Origin: Microcystis aeruginosa NIES-2549
GTDB taxonomy: Bacteria > Cyanobacteriota > Cyanobacteriia > Cyanobacteriales > Microcystaceae
Length of the DNA: 32,000 bases
Reading direction: 5' to 3'
Assembly: GCF_000981785.2 (NCBI RefSeq)
Contig: NZ_CP011304.1
Coordinates: 360,001-392,000 of the forward strand
The translations under genes and the position numbers were made by a program. Of this stretch, positions 26,925-32,000 are shown piece by piece. Positions within the stretch are counted from its first letter, which is position 1. Each line of letters begins with the position of its first letter. The notes under the pieces were generated by a model. The model saw only the letters and a program-made list of their open reading frames with translations, did not search any database and was not told where the DNA came from.

Positions 26925-28460
26925 TTAACGCACTTCAAACAAACGATTGTCCGGTAAGTTACTAATGGATCGCTGGAGACTATTCAAGGATCTATTGTAA
27001 TCGACGATCGCCTGTAGATAACGGCTTCTGGCATCGGTTAAATCCCGTTGGGAGTTGATAACGTCCGTTTGGGTTCCCACACCCGCCTGAAAGCGTAAAC
27101 GGGCTAATCGCAGACTTTCCGTGGCGGATTCAATGCTTTTTTGCGAAGTTTTGATGTTTTCTTGGTTAGAAATCAAACTATAGTAGGATTCCTCCACCTG
27201 AAGGCGAATTTCATTGCGACGGAGGGAGAATTCCGTATCGGCGCGATCGATATTTCTTTCCGCTTGACGAGCGCGAGCAAAAGCAGTGCCACCATCAAAA
27301 AAAGTCCAGCGAATCCGGCCGCCAACACTAAAACCATCGCCAAAACCAGCATCATCACTGAGATCGTTGAGGACATTATACTCGCCCAAAAGGTCCACTT
27401 GGGGAATCACAGCCGAAATGGCGATCGAGCGATCCTGTTGGCTAATTTCCCGTTGTAAGAGTTGTTGTTCTAATTCCGCACGATTTTTATAGGCTAAAAC
27501 GATACTGTCATCAAGACTTAAGCCCCAAGTTCCCGCCTCGCGAATCTCATCAGCAGCGGTTAACTCGATGTGCTGACCGACACTCAATACCTGTGCCAGT
27601 CGCCGTCGGGAAATACGCTGGTTAGAAATCGCCTGGGTTAAGTCTTGGTTAGCGTTAGCGAGGTCAACTTCCGCCTGTAGGACAGCAAATCGGGTTCCTA
27701 GTCCCGCTTGCTCCAATAATAGAGCATCGCGTAAACTTTGACTAGCATCCTCGATCGAGGCTTGGGCGATCGCTACCTGGGCATCACCCCTCTGTAATTC
27801 ATAATAGGCATCGGTGGCATCAAAACGAGTTTGTTCCGAGACTCTTTCCACCTCTAATTCCCGTTGCCGGATGACCTTTTCGGCCCTTTTGATCTGGGCT
27901 GACCGTTCACCCCCTGTATAAACCCCATAGACAATCCGAACACTACCCTGAAGGTTGGTACTATCTTCCGGTGTAGTGGCTGGGATTCCCTGTTGACGAG
28001 CCAAGTTATTCTGTCTTTGGGCAACTGCCGATTGATCTTGAGTGAGACTGGTTTCCGCTTGGGCCGTGGGTAATAAAGCCGCCTGTTGTTCCTTTAATTG
28101 GGCGCGAGCGATTTCTAAATCGACCCGGGCTGTCTGTAAGGTCTGATTATTTTTTAAAGCTAATTCGATCGCTTGATTTAAGGTGATCGGTTGTACTACC
28201 CTAATATTCACCTCATCCGGTTTGGTGGGAAAAATTAGGGGATTGCCACTAGGATTAAGATAATTGGGGGCTTTGGGATCCGCTTCCGTGGTTGCCGGTG
28301 CCGCCGATGGACCGGGTAATTGAGAAACGGGATTGGCAGTAGGTTGGGGTTTCTTCAATAAATCGGCAGCGGACTGAGTTTGTGCCTTAACCGAGGATTC
28401 AGCCAAGAAAATCAACCCAAGCACCGCACTCACGGTAATACCATAACGCAAGAGCAACAT
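26925..28460 (-). CDS. TolC-family outer membrane efflux protein
   Basis: The signal peptide is MLLLRYGITVSAVLGLIFLAESSVKA|Q. A Pro/Ala-rich linker follows, then two OEP-type repeats rich in coiled-coil Q/A/L/E/R. The track ORF starts at a GTG at 28508, but that extension is translated from the heptamer array, so I place the start at the ATG at 28458-28460. Confidence 0.85.
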   Translation of the reverse strand: MLLLRYGITVSAVLGLIFLAESSVKAQTQSAADLLKKPQPTANPVSQLPGPSAAPATTEADPKAPNYLNPSGNPLIFPTKPDEVNIRVVQPITLNQAIELALKNNQTLQTARVDLEIARAQLKEQQAALLPTAQAETSLTQDQSAVAQRQNNLARQQGIPATTPEDSTNLQGSVRIVYGVYTGGERSAQIKRAEKVIRQRELEVERVSEQTRFDATDAYYELQRGDAQVAIAQASIEDASQSLRDALLLEQAGLGTRFAVLQAEVDLANANQDLTQAISNQRISRRRLAQVLSVGQHIELTAADEIREAGTWGLSLDDSIVLAYKNRAELEQQLLQREISQQDRSIAISAVIPQVDLLGEYNVLNDLSDDAGFGDGFSVGGRIRWTFFDGGTAFARARQAERNIDRADTEFSLRRNEIRLQVEESYYSLISNQENIKTSQKSIESATESLRLARLRFQAGVGTQTDVINSQRDLTDARSRYLQAIVDYNRSLNSLQRSISNLPDNRLFEVR

Positions 28461-28472
28461 GAGTATCTCGAA

Positions 28473-28500
28473 AGTAAACAGTAAACGATAAGAAGTAAAC
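28473..28500 (-). repeat. Heptamer array AGTAAAC-type x4 (GTTTACT on the gene strand), just upstream of the TolC-like start
   Basis: Read directly: agtaaac agtaaac gataaga agtaaac. A second short array attacta attacta lies at about 28517-28530. Confidence 0.75.
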
Positions 28501-28528
28501 AAGCTCACACCACTATGTTGGCCGATTA

Positions 28529-30070
28529 CTAATTACTAATCAATAATCCTACTCCATCCCGACGCGGATCGCCCGTAGCGGTTAATTCCCCCCGCTCATT
28601 CACTGCCACCCCATGCACACCCCCAAAAAACATATTTTGTTCTTGCCAACGGGTTACTTGAGTATTTGCGGGTAAAACCAGATTTTCGAGCAGATTTTCC
28701 CGATCTTCTAAAGGTTCAATTCCTAATTGTTGATTTTCCCAATGTATGCGCGAGGCCCCGATCGCATCGGCTAAAGATTGCCGAAAATCGATTAAATTGC
28801 TAATAACCTGCAAAATAGCGGTGCGAATGCGATTGGAACCCCCAGAACCGAGAACAAATCGCGGCTTTCCTTCTTCTAAAATCATCGTCGGCGACATCAT
28901 TGAGGATAAACGACGATCAACGGGCCAATTGTGAAAACCAAAGGGATTTAAGTCCGCTTCCCCGATCATATTATTGAGCATAATTCCCGTCCCCGGCACG
29001 GTATAAGCTGATCCTTCGCCGTTGGAAAAGGTGGCACTGGCGGCATTACCCTCCCCATCGATAATGCTAATATGGGTGGTACTGCCCCATTTATTGGCAT
29101 ATTTGCCTAAAAATTGCGGCGAGAGGAACTGCTCTGCGATTCCCTCCTGATGGATAAAATCATCGTAGCCTTGAGCGCGAGCTTGATTGGTTAAGGCCAT
29201 CACTTCTGTTAAAATTTGCAGATGTTTGTTCCCTAGATGCTCTAAAGCCGATAAATTGACTGTTTCCAGTAATTTTAGGGCAAAAGCCAGGAGAATTCCC
29301 CCAGAACTAGGCGGCGGATTAGTCAGTATTTCGTACCCCCGATATTCGGTTTTTAGGGGTTTTCTCTCAAGGACTTGGTAATGATTTAAATCCTCTAGGG
29401 TAAGATAACCGCCCTCCTGCATATCCCTGGCGATTTGGTGGGCGATTTCTCCCTCATAAAAGTCTTTTACGCCTTTTTTGCTTAATTCCTCTAAGCTGTT
29501 GGCAAAATCCCTCATCACACAGCGATCGCCAGCTTGGAGGAGTTTTCCTTGCGGGGCATAGACTTTTAAACCCTCTCTATCTTTGAGCAGGATCGAAGCG
29601 AGTAAACCCAGGCAAAAGCCGTTATATTGGCTCAAAATGTAGCCTTGACGAGCATATTCGATCGCTGGTTCTGCTACCACGGCAAAGGGCAATTTTCCCA
29701 GTTTTTTCTGCACTGTTTCCAGTCCCCGTAATGCCCCAGTCGTAGCGATCGCACCTCGGCCAATGTGAAAATCTTGACTAGCACCACCAAAATTGATCGC
29801 CACTGGGTAAAAGTCGATCTTTGTCAAGGGTTTTTTATATTTTGGAGTTTGACAAAAAAAATCAAAAAGGGTATTGACTTTTTCTTTGGTATGTGCTAGT
29901 AAAAAACCGCCGCCCCCCGCCGAAGCGAGGGTGAATTCGACCACGAAAGCCGCTAAAATCGAGCCAACAATCCCATCGAAGGCATTGCCGCCCATTTCTA
30001 AGATTAATTGTCCAGCTTCGGCAGTTTTTGGATGTCCTGCGGCGATAGCGCCCTTGCTTTTGCCAGTCAC
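28529..30070 (-). CDS. ggt: Gamma-glutamyltransferase family protein (no signal peptide, GTG start)
   Basis: 513 aa. The autoprocessing/nucleophile region is WGSTTHISIIDGEGNA, and the protein is GGT-like throughout (AAGHPKTAEAGQLILEMGGNAFDG; GGSNRIRTAILQV). It begins directly with the mature-type domain. Confidence 0.88.
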   Translation of the reverse strand: MTGKSKGAIAAGHPKTAEAGQLILEMGGNAFDGIVGSILAAFVVEFTLASAGGGGFLLAHTKEKVNTLFDFFCQTPKYKKPLTKIDFYPVAINFGGASQDFHIGRGAIATTGALRGLETVQKKLGKLPFAVVAEPAIEYARQGYILSQYNGFCLGLLASILLKDREGLKVYAPQGKLLQAGDRCVMRDFANSLEELSKKGVKDFYEGEIAHQIARDMQEGGYLTLEDLNHYQVLERKPLKTEYRGYEILTNPPPSSGGILLAFALKLLETVNLSALEHLGNKHLQILTEVMALTNQARAQGYDDFIHQEGIAEQFLSPQFLGKYANKWGSTTHISIIDGEGNAASATFSNGEGSAYTVPGTGIMLNNMIGEADLNPFGFHNWPVDRRLSSMMSPTMILEEGKPRFVLGSGGSNRIRTAILQVISNLIDFRQSLADAIGASRIHWENQQLGIEPLEDRENLLENLVLPANTQVTRWQEQNMFFGGVHGVAVNERGELTATGDPRRDGVGLLISN

Positions 30071-30073
30071 GAT

Positions 30074-30346
30074 GATTCAGTTATCAGTAAACAGTAAACA
30101 GTTATCAGTGGTTAGTGGGAATTATCAATTATCAATTATGAATTGGCAAGTGGGGAAGTGGGGAGATTCAGTTATCATTAAACAGTAAACAGTTATCAGT
30201 GGTTAGTGGGAATTATCAATTATCAATTATGAATTGGCAAGTGGGGAAGTGGGGAGATTCAGTTATCATTAAACAGTAAACAGTTATCAGTGGTTAGTGG
30301 GAATTATCAATTATCAATTATGAATTGGCAAGTGGGGAAGTGGGGA
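30074..30346 (-). repeat. Tandem repeat 3 x 91 bp; each unit is 13 heptamer-phased subunits
   Basis: Units are at 30074-30164, 30165-30255 and 30256-30346. Copies 2 and 3 are identical, and copy 1 differs at one base (atcaGtaaac versus atcaTtaaac). The unit parses as gattcag ttatcag taaacag taaacag ttatcag tggttag tgggaat tatcaat tatcaat tatgaat tggcaag tggggaa gtgggga. Confidence 0.92.
30121..30149 (-). promoter_or_regulatory. Candidate sigma70-type promoter inside the 91-bp repeat (proximal copy; identical copies at 30212-30240 and 30303-30331)
   Basis: On the minus strand: TTGCCA (rc of 30144-30149), a 17-nt spacer ATTCATAATTGATAATT, then GATAAT (rc of 30121-30126). The -10 ends about 50 nt upstream of the ggt GTG. 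Confidence 0.4.
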
Positions 30347-30354
30347 GAAAAAAG

Positions 30355-30385
30355 CTGCCTCCTGTCTCCTGTCTCCTGCCTCCTG
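30355..30385. repeat. Heptamer tandem repeat CTGYCTC x4
   Basis: Read directly: ctgcctc ctgtctc ctgtctc ctgcctc ctg. It lies just downstream of the lpxD stop. Confidence 0.85.
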
Positions 30386-30392
30386 AATAGGG

Positions 30393-31424
30393 CTATTTTT
30401 TCAACTGCTTAACCGCTTGATAGATTTCGGGTAAACGCTTGTAAGCGGCCGCTGCCTTGAGGAATAGTTTATGGGGGATAGCGGGAGAGCCAGAAACCAC
30501 TTCTCCTGCCCCGATATCGTTGTGAATGCCAGCTTGGGCAGATGCGATCGCACCGTCACCGATTACTGCTTGATTGGCAATGCCCACCTGTCCCGCTAAA
30601 ATAACGCGATTGCCCACTTTTACGCCTCCTGCCATGCCCACCTGTCCTGCTAGGGCGCAAGCTTGGCCAATTTGGCAATTATGGGCAATATGGACGAGAT
30701 TATCGATCTTAGTCTGGCTACCGATGCGGGTTTCTCCCACTGCCGGACGATCCACGGCGCTATTACAGCCAATTTCTACGCCATCTTCTAAGACCACGAT
30801 ACCGGATTGTTCCATCTTAAACCAGCCTTCGGGAACCGGCACAAAACCGAAGCCCTCGGCACCGATAACAGCGCCACTGTGGATAACGCAATCATTGCCG
30901 ATTTGTACCCGTTCATGGATGGTACAGTTAGCGTGGAGAATTGTGCGATCGCCAATATGCACCCCGGGGTAAACAACGGCGTTAGGATGAATGCACACGC
31001 CATCACCGAGGGTGACATTGGCTTCTACCACCGCATGGGCCCCGATGGCGACTTTATGGCCGATTTTAGCCGATGGATGCACCACGGCGGTGGCGTGAAT
31101 GTAGGGTTGGGGCTGAAAGGGTTGATAGAATAATTTGATGGCGTGGGCGAATAAAAGTCGGGGATTGGCACTAGCTAACCAAGCGATGCCGCGTTCGTCG
31201 GCCTGTTGTTGTAGATTGCTATCCAGGGGCAGAATTAGGGCAGTAGCCTCAGTTTTGGCGACAAAGGAAGCAAATTTTCCCCCTTCGATATAGCTAATCG
31301 TATCGACTAGGGCGGTTTCGATGGGAGTTATGGCTTTAATTTGGGGATTTCTGTCGGGATAGGCAGTTAAACTGTGAGCAGAGACTAAAGGGCTTAATTT
31401 TTGGGCAATTTCACTAAATTTCAT
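30393..31424 (-). CDS. lpxD: UDP-3-O-acylglucosamine N-acyltransferase
   Basis: 343 aa. It has the LpxD-type N-terminal domain (MKFSEIAQKL...ISYIEGGKF) followed by a long left-handed beta-helix of hexapeptide repeats (IGHKVAIGAHAVVEANVTLGDGVCIHPNAVVYPGVHIGDRTIL...). Confidence 0.9.
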   Translation of the reverse strand: MKFSEIAQKLSPLVSAHSLTAYPDRNPQIKAITPIETALVDTISYIEGGKFASFVAKTEATALILPLDSNLQQQADERGIAWLASANPRLLFAHAIKLFYQPFQPQPYIHATAVVHPSAKIGHKVAIGAHAVVEANVTLGDGVCIHPNAVVYPGVHIGDRTILHANCTIHERVQIGNDCVIHSGAVIGAEGFGFVPVPEGWFKMEQSGIVVLEDGVEIGCNSAVDRPAVGETRIGSQTKIDNLVHIAHNCQIGQACALAGQVGMAGGVKVGNRVILAGQVGIANQAVIGDGAIASAQAGIHNDIGAGEVVSGSPAIPHKLFLKAAAAYKRLPEIYQAVKQLKK

Positions 31425-31581
31425 AAATATATACTGCGATCGAGATAGGGCTGATGATAGGATGGTCTAACAGTCTAAAACTATACTGATAATCTTGTCG
31501 TTATTATAGTCAAAAAAGTTGCTAGTTTTTTAGGGAATAATCCCTGTTTTCCATTTCAACAAAGCCGATCTCGATCTAGAG

Positions 31582-31616
31582 CGGTTTTGGAGATAAGTTG
31601 GCTCTCTCCAAAACCG
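31582..31616 (-). terminator. Hairpin (perfect 12-bp stem, 11-nt loop) 8 nt downstream of the PEP-CTERM gene stop
   Basis: cggttttggaga-taagttggctc-tctccaaaaccg. No U-tract follows on the minus strand, so its role as a terminator is uncertain. Confidence 0.3.
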
Positions 31617-31623
31617 ATTGGTT

Positions 31624-32000
31624 TTAGTTTTTACTGCTCGATCGAGTTAATAAAATTGATCCGAACAGTATTAAGGCGATCAGAGTTGATGGTTCGGGAA
31701 CTGTTTGAAAATCTAGGTTAAAAATTCCTGACTCTCCCCAAGAAAGGCTAAGATCTACCAGCTTAAAACTGGCTGAATATTTTCCCGGTCGAGATGCAAG
31801 AAACTTCGGTAAAAAGGAGAAGTTATCACCAGTACCGATCGCATAGATATCGCCGGCATTAGCTAAAATTGTCTGTCCTAAAGAGTTAGCTACTGTTAAT
31901 CCATCACTAATCTCTAACAGTTGTAAGGATAGGTTGGCATTACCTAAAGACCGATTCCACCGTCCCCCAGAACTGTTAAAAAGAGCTTGTTCTCCCAAGT
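31624..32000 (-). CDS. PEP-CTERM sorting-domain protein, C-terminal part (5' end beyond the window)
   Basis: The C-terminus is VPEPSTLIALILFGSILLTRSSSKN, which is PEP, then a TM helix, then a basic tail. This is the exosortase recognition signal. The reading frame is open to the window edge. Confidence 0.75.
   Translation of the reverse strand, partial: LGEQALFNSSGGRWNRSLGNANLSLQLLEISDGLTVANSLGQTILANAGDIYAIGTGDNFSFLPKFLASRPGKYSASFKLVDLSLSWGESGIFNLDFQTVPEPSTLIALILFGSILLTRSSSKN

Noticed and set aside
28461-28508. N-terminal extension of the TolC-like ORF (GTG at 28508) and of the hypothetical ORF (11665-11802)
   Set aside because: The TolC extension is translated from the heptamer array and precedes a complete signal peptide that starts at the internal ATG. 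The 11802 start lacks an SD, while the internal ATG has one.
30074-30346. Is the 91-bp array, or any heptamer array, a CRISPR locus?
   Set aside because: The units are directly abutting with no unique spacers. There are no cas genes, and the unit structure is heptamer-phased. These are tandem repeats, not CRISPR.
30574-31133. Two long + strand ORFs (132 and 108 aa) and one - strand alternative frame inside lpxD
   Set aside because: They are artefacts of the codon-periodic hexapeptide-repeat region of lpxD. Stop-free alternative frames are expected there.

Overview
This looks like a cyanobacterial chromosomal window. HIP1 palindromes (GCGATCGC) occur throughout, and the intergenic spacers are packed with heptamer repeats, which resembles Microcystis. 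The taxon is an inference and was not verified. All protein calls rest on motifs read by eye, with no database search.

I support about 25 protein genes, nearly all recognisable core functions:
- a partial Ski2/HelY-like DExH helicase
- a REC-GGDEF diguanylate cyclase translationally coupled to an orphan periplasmic solute-binding protein
- a small membrane-anchored TPR protein
- a DASS/SLC13 permease immediately downstream of a type-II P-type ATPase
- the carotenoid genes pds(crtP) and crtB
- two unknown small genes
- a pirin
- a tail-anchored coiled-coil protein with 11-residue repeats
- a metallophosphoesterase
- an MsbA-like ABC exporter preceded by a small ORF
- the nitrate transporter nrtABCD behind a canonical NtcA-type promoter
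- a DUF2301-like membrane protein
- a ThiO-ThiG fusion
- a TolC-like outer membrane protein
- a leaderless gamma-glutamyltransferase
- lpxD
- a partial PEP-CTERM protein

I found no rRNA, tRNA, CRISPR array, transposase or recognisable defence or toxin module, and no convincing novel multi-gene protein system.

The structure that the genes do not explain is non-coding:
- Period-7 repeats fill almost every spacer. Arrays next to a start codon always face in the orientation that carries stop codons in all three frames.
- Two composite elements of about 130 bp sit in inverted orientation and bracket nrtC-nrtD.
- An imperfect palindrome follows nrtA.
- A 101-bp element with inverted ends lies between nrtB and nrtC.
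- A 3 x 91-bp (13 x 7) tandem array abuts the ggt start codon, and each copy carries a sigma70-like -35/-10 pair.
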